From NCBI RefSeq assembly GCF_001194135.2, contig NC_068990.1, positions 16,978,324 to 17,042,323 on the forward strand: a stretch of 64,000 nucleotides of DNA. Direction: 5' to 3'. The translations under genes were made by a program, and so were the position numbers. Shown in pieces: positions 47,946 to 60,617 of the stretch. Positions within the stretch are counted from its first letter, which is position 1. Each line of letters starts with the position of its first letter. The notes under the pieces are model-generated. The model made no database searches. It worked only from the letters and a program-made list of their open reading frames with translations, and was not told where the DNA came from. This stretch comes from Octopus bimaculoides (Eukaryota).

Positions 47946-50025
47946 ACAAGCATAACCTCGTTTACTTCTTAATAAATAACACAAAAGAGATCGTTGCATT
48001 GTTTCCTGCCTCCTTTATTACATTCTCGTTGCTCCTTTCTGTCTCTTAATACGTATGTCAACATTTATAAATCATAATGGCTCTACTACTTTATTGTTTT
48101 CCTTCAACACTTAACTGTCTTTCCGGCTTCTCGATATCGCCAAACAGCTTTCTCTCTTTATCTTTTACTTTCTGTCTACCTACCAACCTACACACCTTTC
48201 TATCTATCTATCTACATATTCTATCTATTTATCTATCTACATGTTCTTTCTAATTATCTATCTGTCTGTACCGCACTTTCTTTCTATTCTTCTTTACTTC
48301 TGATATATATAATTCGTCTATAAAATACATCAAAATATATAACTGGAAAATGGCGCTCGTTATCATTTTAATCTGACAACCACAATAACAGCTTGGACAG
48401 CAATAGGTCAACCTCAACGAGAAGCCACACTCAGCTGCTCATAATGTCATTAGGGTGAGAACTAGAAAAAAAATATAAATATAATAAAAGAAAGAGAGAA
48501 TAGGTTGTCTCGATCATTTTACATCATCATCACCAGCCTGCACATCAGAGTAGATTGCCACACAGAAAGAGCATCGTGAATGAAATATAATTAAATGCTC
48601 AATCATCAAGTAGCTAAAGATGGTACGCCTACACCGGAAGCTGTGTCATATTTTACGTAAGGAGTGTATCTTGTGAGACAGTAAAAAGAATTTTTGAGGG
48701 AGGTTTAGGCGAAACGTTATGATGAGGAAACACAGAAAAGAAGAAGAAAAACACTACAAAATATTAAGTAAATAGATACATAAATAAAGGAAATAAACGA
48801 AAGAATTCAGAGTCTATTTTCTACTCTCTGACGTCTTCAACCTGAACTTAACCACGCAAAAGAGAACCACATTATTTTTTAATTCAGCTTTTGTTTATTT
48901 GTATTTATTTATACATTCATTTATTTTACTGCTTTCTCTCTGCTTTTTCTGTCTTTAAATTGCTTTGCATTCGTTTGTATTTCTTTCACAGGATGGATGT
49001 CATTTCTCACGTATATGTGTATGTATGCATGCACACACACGTTTATATACAAACACTCGTATATACGCACATCCAACCTTCCTCCACACACACACACATA
49101 CAAACACCCACCCAAACATCTAAGTGCTGCAAACCAAGGTGAATACCCTTTGCTAGTGATGTCTTACAAATTGGAACTTGTCCATTACATTCACCTGTTG
49201 GTTTAAAAGACACGGTACACTCCTGACGGTATTGCGTCTTTATTTTCCCAAACATTTGGATTATCTCATATTAGAGTCATCTCCCTTACTTGTCTACAGT
49301 GAGTAGTTGTTTCTTAATTGCAAAGATAATTCTCAGATAATTAAAAAAATTTAACTCATTGCTTTACGTATGTGAGACACAACCACAAATATATATGTAT
49401 GTGTATATATACATACATATATATGCGGCAATAAGAAAACGGAGGGGATCAAGAGGTGGTATTCATCAACTTTTAGACATTATATTATGTCTATTTATTT
49501 ATCTAAAAAAAATTATAACAATATATATACATGTATAACATATTATGCTTTACATATATAAAAATACCAGTAATTATTAAAATATATAACGTAGAACATA
49601 GAAAGTAGAATAGTTTCTTACAGCTGTTTCAGCCAAGAGGTCATAGTATCCCACTTTACTTCCATCCCTTCAGTGAACTGAAGTATTTGGTAGATAAGAT
49701 TAAGGTACTTGGGTGTGCCTCTGGGCTTCGTCAGGGAGTTTAGAAAGTTCATAAGGTTAAGTTATCAATATATAAATACATACATATATACACACTTTTA
49801 CATATACATACATAAATATACATAAATACATATCTATACATTTATATATATATATATGTATATGCATACAAAGGAATCAATTATTATTAGGTGTATTATA
49901 TTATTCTTATTAGATAAAGTATAAAAAGAGAAAATTACCAGAAGAGAAATAATAGTGGAATTTAAATAATCAATCTATCTTTAAACTATTGTAGTTATGT
50001 AGGAATGAAAAGGTATATAAATGAG

Positions 50026-50027
<2 letters not shown>

Positions 50028-50106
<79 letters not shown>
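50028..50106. repeat. Long (TA)n
   Basis: Direct reading. Confidence 0.95.
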
Positions 50107-50109
<3 letters not shown>

Positions 50110-50330
50110 ATGCAATATGTTTTCTATTGAGGGCTTCAGATAAAGGTCCACAATAAGTGGGTTAGAGTTTATATTAATAGCTATGATATTAGTTGGTACT
50201 ACAGGTAATAGTATATATATATATATATATAAACATACACATGCAGACATATACATACAAATACATAAATGTACATATAGATATATACATACATGTATTT
50301 GAATGCATATACATAGACACACACACACAC

Positions 50331-50368
<38 letters not shown>

Positions 50369-51080
50369 TCATATACATACACACATGTACATATATATGC
50401 ATACACATGTATATATAACTTTTAAATATGTTCAGGCATGTATACATGTGTGTGTATGCCACTTACATCACGTTATTTAACCATGTAACTATCATTATTA
50501 TTATTATTGGTATTCTTACTAATTTGTCAGTATGTTTATTTTTAGATGCTAGCATTGATGTTAACCAATGGCCTCTGTTGAAAATGTTCTACTTATTGCA
50601 ACTAAAAACAAAAAACAAAAAGGGGGTACCTGCCTCTCTTCTCTATCCTACCACGTTTATTTATCTTTTATTTCGCTTATCAGCTGCTCTTGCAACTTCC
50701 TATTTAGTTGATTTTATACATGATGTGACGTATTTAGCCAAACTGCTTACATTATATGTGTGTGTGTGTATAAAATACAGAGATACAGATATATATATAT
50801 ATATATATATANNNNNNNNNNNNNNNNNNNNNNNNNNNNNNNNNNNNNNNNNNNNNNNNNNNNNNNNNNNNNNNNNNNNNNNNNNNNNNNNNNNNNNNNN
50901 NNNNNNTACGACACAAAAACGTATAAATTCAAAAGAACATATTTATCTTCTTCAATATATATTTCAGTATAAAGAATTCATTAAGATGCTTAAATCACAA
51001 TTTCTTTACACATCATTCAGGAATAGATATAACATCAGAAAAAATACATTCCGTTTAAAAACACAAACCGTTCATGGCGA

Positions 51081-51472
51081 AAAAAATTTTAGGCGCAGGA
51101 GTGTCTGTGTGGTAAGTAGCTTGCTTACCCACCACATGGTTTCGGGTTCATTCCCACTGCGTGGCAACTTGGGCAAGTGTCTTCTACTATAGCCTCGGGC
51201 CGACCAAAGCCTTGCGAGTGGATTTGGTAGACGGAAACTGAAAGAAGCCTGTGGTATATCTGTATATATACATATGTGTGTGTGTCTATGTTTGTCCCCC
51301 CCCAACATCGTTTGACAACCGACGGTGGTGTGTTTACGTCCCCGTAACTTAGCGGTTCGGCAAAAGAGACTGATAGAATAAGTACTAGGCTTCCAAAGAA
51401 TAAGTCCTGGGGTCGATTGGTCGACTAAAGGCAGCATGGCCGCAGTCAAATGAGTGAAACAAGTAAAAGAGT
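51081..51472 (+). mobile_element. Family C tRNA-SINE, full length
   Basis: GGCGCAGGAGTGTCTGTGTGGTAAG, GGGTTCATTCCC, internal (TA/TG)n, tail ...GGCCGCAGTCAAATGAGTGAAACAAGTAAAAGAG. Confidence 0.9.
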
Positions 51473-51534
51473 ATATATATATATATATATATATATCTGT
51501 GTCTCTGGATTTTACACACACACACATATCTCAT

Positions 51535-51858
51535 AGCACTCCATTGGTTACAACAATGAGGGTTCCAGTTGATCAGATCAACAAAACAGACACGTGTACC
51601 CTTAACGTGGTTCTCGGGAAGATTCAGCATAACACAGTGTGTGACAAGGCTGGCCCTTTGAATTACAGGTACAACAGAATCAGAAAGAAAGAATGAGAGA
51701 AAGTTGTGGTGAAAGAGTACAACAAGGTTCGCCACCACCACTCCCTGCTAGAGCCTTGTGGAGCTTTAGGTGTTTTTGGTCACTAAACACTCACTATGCC
51801 CAGTCAGGGAATTGAAACCGCAAGTCCGCTGCCTGAACCACTGGACCATTGCTCCTCC
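51535..51858 (-). mobile_element. tRNA-derived SINE, head H2 + tail T1
   Basis: Colinear with 40138-40448. Confidence 0.85.
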
Positions 51859-52084
51859 ACACACACTATATATATAGAAAGAGACATAGACAGAGATGTG
51901 TGTGTATGTATGCATATACGTATGTATATAAATACTTGCTTTTATGGAGGTTTAAAATAAAAACAATTTAACATAAAACTGAAGTTTTACTTGATGTTTA
52001 TTAAGATTCATTAAAATTGATATGGATGAATGTACCTATCTATATATATATATGTTTATATATTTGTGTATGTATATTTTATAT

Positions 52085-52220
52085 CTGTGTACTAAGAAGC
52101 TTGCTTCCCAACCACGTTGTTCTGGGTTCAGTCCCACTGTATGGCAATCTGGGCTAGCTTCGGGCTGACCAAAGCCTTGTGAGTAGATTTGGTAGACAGA
52201 GACTGAATGAAGCCCATCAC
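52085..52220 (+). mobile_element. Family C SINE head
   Basis: AAGAAGCTTGCTTCCCAACCAC...GGGTTCAGTCCCACTG. Confidence 0.8.
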
Positions 52221-52225
52221 ATATA

Positions 52226-52280
<55 letters not shown>

Positions 52281-53177
52281 GCTTAAAATTGTATAAAAGC
52301 TTATGTATATGCAATATATGTGTATATGAACATAATTGCACCAGATGTAAGTAAATGCCACTGTTTTTATTTATTTATTTATTTGTATATTTGTTTTTCA
52401 TTGAGTGGGTGGGGGCTCCAAGATTTGATAACCTACATTCTTCTTCTGCTTCAGTGTAACCTGCTTCTAAAAAAACTAAGCTAATCATTCACATCCTTGC
52501 AATTTTCAGCTAAAACACACCCTCACAGCTTGGAACAATATGTTGCAGAAAAACTTGACACTGTATTGTGTGAGTGTGTGATATTCACATACTGAACATA
52601 CGTACATACACACATGCACACGCGTACTTATATCAAAGAGTGCAATATATTTACTGTTAGCTGAAAGTTACTTTATTGCATTACAACTCAGAGTTTTGCC
52701 ATTTAATGGCTCATCCAATAATTGCGTAATGCATGCATATACACATGTGTTTGTGTTCATTTACTAGTTCCAGTCATTACTATATTTAGGCATCACATTC
52801 TATCAATATATGCACTTACATTGACACTGCAGCCAATTTTATTGACTTTGGAAGGTTGAAAGGCAAATTATACTTCTGTGGTATATGGAGTGGGGTATGT
52901 ATGTATATACATATATATATATATTGTGATCACATGATGCTCCAACAATTCTGCCAGCTCTCTACTTTCAAGCGTAATAATAATAGTTTCTAAGATAGAG
53001 ACAAAGTCTTTATATTAGACAAATTTGAATACTGGGAGCATCTAATTAAATGGACTTAATTGGCATTTTATTTGGTGCTCAACCATTTCAGTACACTTAT
53101 TGCTCTTTAATAATAGCAATTAGCAATAATTATAAACTGAAGTAAATTTAGATTATATATATTATATTCTGATATAC

Positions 53178-53178
<1 letters not shown>

Positions 53179-53223
<45 letters not shown>
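53179..53223. repeat. (CA)n
   Basis: Direct reading. Confidence 0.95.
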
Positions 53224-53224
<1 letters not shown>

Positions 53225-54446
53225 TAAAATCTCATAACAATAAGTTAATGGTTTCATGGTGAAGAACATCTGAATAGTTGAGAGGTAAGACCTGTTCAAT
53301 GATTGTTAATTTACCTCTCCATAACTGGAAGGTTCTTCAGCATGAAACCATTCAGTAGCATACATTGGCTGTTATGAGACAAAATTTATTATAGACACGA
53401 TTATCATATTATATGTACGATTATTTTGAGCTAAATCTCTCACAGCAGAGTTCTAGCTGTAGCTAGAACCACATTTCAAATGCTGGGCTTTCTACATAAG
53501 TGTCCATCACTATTACTCTATTGACCTCACTCTGATTAACTCATTCTGTAAGCTCATTTAATAACCCTATCATTGCTCAATCTTATTATTCCTCATTTTG
53601 ACCAACCTAGACACTTGCTCTCATCCATCCACTTCCTGTTCAGTTAACTATCATCAGTGTTGTCATACACTCATATGTTAATGGATTTGGGAGGTAGAAA
53701 CTGTGTAGAAGCCTGTTGTATAAATAAATATGTGAGTGTGTGTGTGTGTGTGTGCATGCAGTAGCATGTGTGTGTGTGTACAAGTGTCTGTTAGTACCCT
53801 CACTGCTTGACAACTAGTGTTGGTTTGTTTATGTCCTTGTAACTGGGCAGTTCAAATGAAGTGAAGCCTGTCATATATTTGTGTGTGTATGTGTGTATCT
53901 ATCTCAGATAGAATAAAGCAAAAAAGCAGAATGATAATATTCACCTTGGTAAAGGCATTAATGCCACAACATCACATTCATCCCTTCCTCTGTAACACCT
54001 ACAAACTCTTTTCCATAGTCAAAAATAAACCGAAACTATTCATAAAAGAAATCACTGCCATCTGTCTATCTCAGATGGAACAAAGAAAAAAAAAGAAAAG
54101 AAAAGAAGCGGAAATGTTTTAAAAATAAACATGAAACCTTATAAAAAAAAAGATAAACAAAATTGATATGACTGTCTGTCTCCACACACCAACCAGCCAG
54201 CCAGCCAGCCAGCAAACCAACCATACAAGTATCCATTCCAAAAATGGTGTCTGGAAACAAATGAAACGTGTGTTTGACAAAAGTCACTTGCATCAAAAAA
54301 CAACTTTGGTACATATTTACTTAGTCATTTGCTTTGACTTCAAACTGTCGACGATTACACATGAAATGTAATCAACTAAGAATAGATTGTTTGTGTTTGA
54401 TGATGATGATGATGATGATGACAATGACAGTGATAGTGAAATTGAT

Positions 54447-54750
54447 AATCTTTTCTACTCTAGGCCCGAAATTTTGAGAGGGCAGTCGATTAGATCAACC
54501 TCAGTACACAACTGGTACTTAATTTATCGATCCTAAAAGGATGAAAGGCAAAATCAACCTCGGCAGCATGACAATGATGATCATGATGATGATGACAACA
54601 ACAATGATGATATTGATGGTGATGATGATGATGGTGAAAACGATGACTATGGTGATAATGATGACAATAATGACGATGATGATGATGATGATGATGATGA
54701 TGACAAAGCAATGATGATTTTGGTGACAATAATAATAACAACGATGATTA
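54447..54750 (-). mobile_element. Family B SINE 3' half joined to a degenerate (GAT/GAC/AAT)n tract
   Basis: TTCTACTCTAGGCCCGAAATTTTG...AAAGGCAAAATCAACCTCGGC, then trinucleotide tract 54567-54750. Confidence 0.8.
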
Positions 54751-55094
54751 AGAGCAGGAGAACAACAACAACATCAATGAAGTTACCAGCTCAAATAACT
54801 CATAGGACCTATCCGGCCCCATAAAAAAATATTTATAAAAATAAAATCTTACACAAAATAGACTGAAATATCAGAATTTAAGATATTTACCATAGAAAAC
54901 GCATTATTCTATTTTGTAAGCTGTTGACCCAATTGAGCATCCATAGATAAAAATGTTGTATCATAATCATTTACAAATACAAACAAACATTGGACATTGT
55001 AAAAGATATCCAGTCAGATGATGGTGAAGGGAATTTATGAGTTGTTGTTTTTTCCTTGTTTTTTTTGCTTCTTTCTTTTTGGTTGTTTTTTTTT

Positions 55095-55990
55095 AGTGCA
55101 GCCTTATATATGCATGGTTAATAAGGCAACTACGTGAATTCAGGTTCAATTCCACTACACAGCATATTGAGGAGGTGTCTTCTAGTATAGACCTAAGCTG
55201 ACCAATGCCTTGTGAGTGACTCTGGTCGACAGAAACTGTGAAGAAGCCTGTTGTATAAATATATATATAGGCACAGGCATGGCTGTGAGGTAAGAAGCTT
55301 GCTTCCCAACCACATGGTTCTGGGTTCAGTCCCACTGCGTAACACCTTGGGCAAGTGTCTTCTACTACAGCCTCGGGCCAACCAAAGCCTTGTGAGTGGA
55401 TTTGGTTGACAGAAACTGAAAGAAACCTGTTGTGAATATATATTTATGTATATATATTTATGTATGTGTGTCTTTGTGTCTGTGTTTGTCCTCCCCCCCC
55501 CCCACCATCGCTTGACAACCGATGCTTGTGTTGGTGTGTTTATGTCTCTGGAACTTAGCAGTTCGGCAAAAGAGACCAATAGAATAAGTACTAGGCTTAC
55601 AAAGAATAAGTCCTGGGTCGATTTCTTCAACTAAAGGCGGTGCTCCAGCATGGCTGCAGTCAAATGACTGAAACATGTAAAAGAGTGTGTGTGTGTGTGT
55701 GTGCACACATCTGCGTTTGCATCTACACTGCTTGACAACCAGTGTTGCTTTGTTTATATCTCTCATAACTTAGTAGTTCCACTCTGTACAAGCCTGTTGT
55801 GTGTGTGTGTCTATGTGCCCTTGTGTTTGTCCCCACACCACTTGACAACAGGTGTTGGTTTGTTTATATCTCCCATAACTTAGCGATTTGGCTAAAGGTA
55901 CCAATAAAAACAAAAGTACCAAGGTCTTTGACTAAACCCTTTCTTCATTGAAGGTGCTGCCCCAGCATTGCTGCAATCCAAAAAGCTGAA
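55095..55990 (+). mobile_element. Tandem family C copies (head 55095-55255; full 55268-55685; tail pieces 55725-55990)
   Basis: Repeated GGTTCA(A/G)T(T/C)CCACT heads and CTTGACAAC...GGTGCT(G/C)C tails. Confidence 0.8.
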
Positions 55991-56064
55991 ACAAGTTTGA
56001 GAATTAAAGAATGTAAATAAATTCTATGACTGAAATGTGTAACATTAGTCTTGTATGATGTGTA

Positions 56065-56258
56065 TTGGCTTCGAATTTTACCACAGGGGAGGGTGCTGGC
56101 TGATTACATTGACCCCAGCGTTCAACTGGTACTGAATTTATCGACCCTGAAAAGACTGAAATGCAAAGTCAACCTTGGTAGAATTTGAACCTAGAACATG
56201 CAGACAGATGAAATGCATTTTGCCTGGTGTGCTAACGATTCTGCCAGCTCCACCACCT
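56065..56258 (-). mobile_element. Family B SINE, CpG-decayed
   Basis: GTCAACCTTGGTAGAATTTGAAC versus GTCGACCTCGGCGGAATTTGAAC in core copies. Confidence 0.85.
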
Positions 56259-56277
56259 TTTACATGGTATATATTAT

Positions 56278-56475
56278 CGTCATTGTTGTTTAAACTAAGT
56301 CATCTCTGATCAAAGGTGTTCCAGCCATGACCCTCTCATACTTTATTCAGACATATTACATCAAGGACTATATTATTCAAAGTGTCATTTATCCTTCTCT
56401 TTTAAGATGGTAGCAAAATATACTTTGGCAGACTTAGCTGCTGTTTCTAGTAAGACATGTGACTCACTAGTGGCT
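56278..56475 (-). mobile_element. Family E repeat
   Basis: TTGTTTAAACTAAGTC...GATCAAAGGTGTTCCAGCCATGACC...GCTGCTGTTTCTAG. Confidence 0.75.
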
Positions 56476-57660
56476 CTCAGTACATGTGAGATTTTCTATG
56501 ATCTTCTACACAGTATCTGCCCTTGAGTAAAGCATGTATAACACACATTTCATTACCTCTTACGTGTATGTGTGTGTGCACGTGTGTGAGGGAGAGAAAG
56601 TGAAGTGTGTATATGTGTGTGTGTGTGTGTGTGCATGTGAGAAAGTATGTTGTGTGTGTGTGTTGAAGATAATATGAGTGTTTATCATTAACAATAGACT
56701 GCTGGGTGTACACGAAAGAAGGATCTAATAGCACTGACCTTAGATAAAATAAATAAACTGAAAGGTCTAGTATTTTGCTACCAAATTAATATATAATTGG
56801 CTTGAAGACATGGACCATGTCTTCACACACAAACACACACACACACAAACATTCTAAACCATCCCATTATCTTTCGTTTGCAAATCTTCTTTTGGTAAAA
56901 GAACAAGAAAAGAAACATACAACCAAAAACATTTGAGCCAAGTGAAATTTGCATTTTTCTAGGGTTTTTTTCCAACTTCCAATCCTTTTACCGAGAACCC
57001 TTTTTGGTCAAATTTAAGGCTTATTTATTCATATTTTGAATTAAAAATGCATTGTCTTGTAACTTCAAAATTTCAATGAACTGAACTGATTGTTTACTTT
57101 TACGATGACATTGTAGTGTAGGTGTGAGAGGCCGGATATGGCCAGTTTGAATATAAAGCAGAATATTTGGACCAGTTATGACCAGTTTGAATACCAGAGG
57201 ATTAAAACATTTTTTATTTTTACTTTTTTATTTTATTCTGTACATTTTTCTCTTTTCTGTAAGCTATATAAGATTATATCATTTTTTTTTATTTGTTTCA
57301 GTCACTGAGCTGTGGCCATGCTGGGGCACCATCTGCTAATTATTCTATTTGGTTAAGTTATAGCAATGTAAACAAACCAACACCAGTTGTCAAGGAATGA
57401 AATGGGGGATAACCACAAAGACACACACACACACACACACACATTTATGTGTGTGTGCACGTGTGTGTGGACTGCTGAAATCTACAAGTTTTTTTCATTG
57501 TCTCTCTATTTATTGTCTCTTATTCCTTTCTGTTGAAGAGTGTAAGCTTGAAACATAAAAGACGTTTTCATTTTCCTGAGCATCAAACTAATACACTTGC
57601 TTGTTGTTCATACACCCACTTTTGCCTTTTTTGTTTTTTCTATAAATTTCAACTATATAC

Positions 57661-57693
<33 letters not shown>

Positions 57694-57704
57694 TGTGCAC
57701 ATGT

Positions 57705-57872
57705 ATGACAGGCTTCTGCACAGTTTCTGTCCAATAAATACACTCACTAGGCATTAGAAGGCCCAAGGATATAATAGCAGATACTTGTCCAAGGTGCCGT
57801 GCAGTAGGACTGAACCCTAGAGCCTCATGGTTAGGAAGCAAGTTTCCTAACCACCCAGCCATGTCTGCACCT
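57705..57872 (-). mobile_element. Family C SINE head
   Basis: CCAAGGTGCCGTGCAGTAGGACTGAACCC...CAGCCATG. Confidence 0.8.
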
Positions 57873-58322
57873 AGTTATTGTCTGTTATGTTTGTGATAAC
57901 TTGCATTCTTTGAAGAGCAACTGCACTGCACTGTTATCCCTGCAATAATTAGTGTAATGGTTCTTATAGTTTCCAACTTAATGACCTAATTAATTACACC
58001 TTTATGTTTGGTGATTATCAATTCAAAGTGGGTTTATTTATTTTTATTTTTATTCATTTTATTTATTTTTCTTATTGTAATTCTTTATTCAGGTCTGTCT
58101 TGTGATTAAATATTTTCTGCCTTTGTACCATACATATTTATGTTCTCTTCATTTTCTTTTCTGTTTTTTTTTTTGTTGTTGTTTGCTTGTTATTTAACAA
58201 GCTTGCCTTCCTGTTCTGTGGTAATTTAGATGAGGTTGGGTCAGGGAAGGGGGGGCACATCACCCAGAATAATTACTAAGTTAGGGTTTGTTAAGTGCAT
58301 CTGTTGTTTAATGTTATGAGTT

Positions 58323-58365
<43 letters not shown>

Positions 58366-58391
58366 ATGTATACATATGTATGTGTATATGA

Positions 58392-58451
<60 letters not shown>

Positions 58452-58537
58452 CAAAGACAAAAGAAAACAGCTTTATTTTTCTTCCACGAGTACAAATACC
58501 ATTGATGTCTGAAAACTAAGACTGCTGAAAGACAGGC

Positions 58538-58580
<43 letters not shown>

Positions 58581-58779
58581 TATTAGAAGTGTTTCAGGGA
58601 AAACTATATAATTCCAAGATATATATTGTTAAAGCATATAAACTAAATAGTCATTCTACACCCATAAAGAAAGTAATACAACATTCCCCAATCCACCAAA
58701 GTGCTTATATCAAATATATACACAACAATATCATATTGCTACATCACTATCATGTATTTTCTGTATAAGTATATATATA

Positions 58780-59500
58780 GGCTTAATGCTGTTTAGACCT
58801 ATGAAAAGTTTTCCAGCCATGACCAACCCATCTTATTTTTAGATCTAGAAGGAAATACATTCTCCAATGTGTCCTTATTTTTCTTTTTAAGACTAAGGTA
58901 TGGTTTGAGGAGCAGATTTGACTGCTATTTCTAGCAAGTCGAAAGATTACATAGAGGTTTACTTGGATTGTTGCAGCTGAATTGTTATTGTTTAACCCTT
59001 GGTCAATTGTGATTGAGCGGATTTATGATCAAAAGCAGTCCAGTTGTGACCATCCCAATTTTTAATTTTTTTTGTCATCCAGTAGTGTGGCCCCCATGTT
59101 GTGGCTGAGCTAACTCATGTTTGAATCTTAGTCACAGCAGCCTCCCCTCAAAATGTAATGGCAATGCCCCAGCATGGCCACAGCCTCTAGCTGAAACTGA
59201 TCAGAGGATAATAGAATAATATCAGAGGTACTAAATTGCTTAATGGATTCTTTAATTAAAATATGATGTAATTTGTGAGGGATTTGGCTGCTATTTCTAT
59301 TCGGCCAAGCAACATTATAAAAGCTCTTCAGGTGACACAAAGCTAGTAGTTGTTTGCATTGGGTCAGTTTTGACTCCATCTACTTAATCTTAGGTTCAGA
59401 CTGTCTGAAATAGTAGCTAAATTTCCCTCACATCACATACCTCCATCTTAAAAATATAAAAAAGGACACATTGGATAATCCAAGGTGCTCTATGCCTGAA
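58780..59500. mobile_element. Cluster of family E fragments in both orientations
   Basis: CTGCTATTTCTAG / TAGAAATAGCAG cores and CCAGCCATGACC motifs. Confidence 0.65.
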
Positions 59501-59554
59501 AAAAAGACAACATCTAAATATATTTTTATATATGTATATATATTTATATATATA

Positions 59555-59645
59555 CATCATCATCATCATTGTTTAATGTCCGCTTTCCATGCTGGCATGG
59601 GTTGGACGGTTTGTCTAAAGGCTGGCGAGCCAGAAGGCTGCACCA
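59555..59645 (-). mobile_element. Family A 3' end
   Basis: CATCATCATCATTGTTTAATGTCCGCTTTCCATGCTGGCATGGGTTGGACG. Confidence 0.85.
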
Positions 59646-60131
59646 TACTTATCTATATTTATATATACATATACATATAAACATATACATATTTATAAAT
59701 ACTTATATATTTCTATACACACACACATATATGAGAGAAAGATAAGAAAATTATACACTTCATTCCCTCTTCCTGAATATTTTTCAAGAGAAAGACTAAA
59801 AATACACAGTGATTAGTGCCAAGTTAAACAACCTCAGACACATGCACACATACACTCAAATGGAACTGGAAGCTGATATAATAAATTTAAGAAATTTAAA
59901 AGATGAACGATGATAATTTAATCAAGTGTAATGGAGATATTTCCTTAATCTCCAAACCTCTATAAAGGCAGACAGTATTAACAAAGAACTATATGCTTGT
60001 TTCTCTCACAGAAGTTTAATTATCATTACATAATTGAATTCAGACATAACGCTCATTTTGAAGTGACATGCTGAGGGCATTTCCCGCCTGACTGAGTTTT
60101 TGTACTAATAATTACCCTACCACTTCCATCC

Positions 60132-60181
<50 letters not shown>

Positions 60182-60382
60182 AAAATGCCTTTCTTTGCGA
60201 TGTGACTGTAGACAACTTATAACCATCACAAGTCACAGAGTCAAAGCTTCTATGTGGTTGTTGAGCCTGGTAGAAATAGCAGCCAAATCTCCTTCATCTT
60301 GTACCTTATAGACTTTTAAAACAAGTGGCAGAGCAGGTAAAGGTACGTTAGATCATGTAACTCTAAATAAAAAAAATAAACA

Positions 60383-60617
60383 CAGGAATAGCTGTGTGGT
60401 AAGAAGGTTGCTTCCCAACCACATGGTATAAGGTTCAGTCCCACTGTGTGGCACCTTGGGCAAGTGTCTTCCACTTTAGCCTTGACCAAAAGCCTTGTGA
60501 ATGAATATATTTGGTAGAGGGAAGTTGAAAGAAGCTTGTTATGTATATTTGCCAGTTCCAGTCAAACTGTCCAATCCATGCCAGCATGGAAAATGGACAT
60601 TAAGTGATGATGATGAG
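60383..60617 (+). mobile_element. Family C head followed by family A (GAT)n tail
   Basis: TAGCTGTGTGGTAAG...GGTTCAGTCCCACTG, then CAGTCAAACTGTCCAATCCATGCCAGCATGGAAAATGGACATTAAGTGATGATG. Confidence 0.75.
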
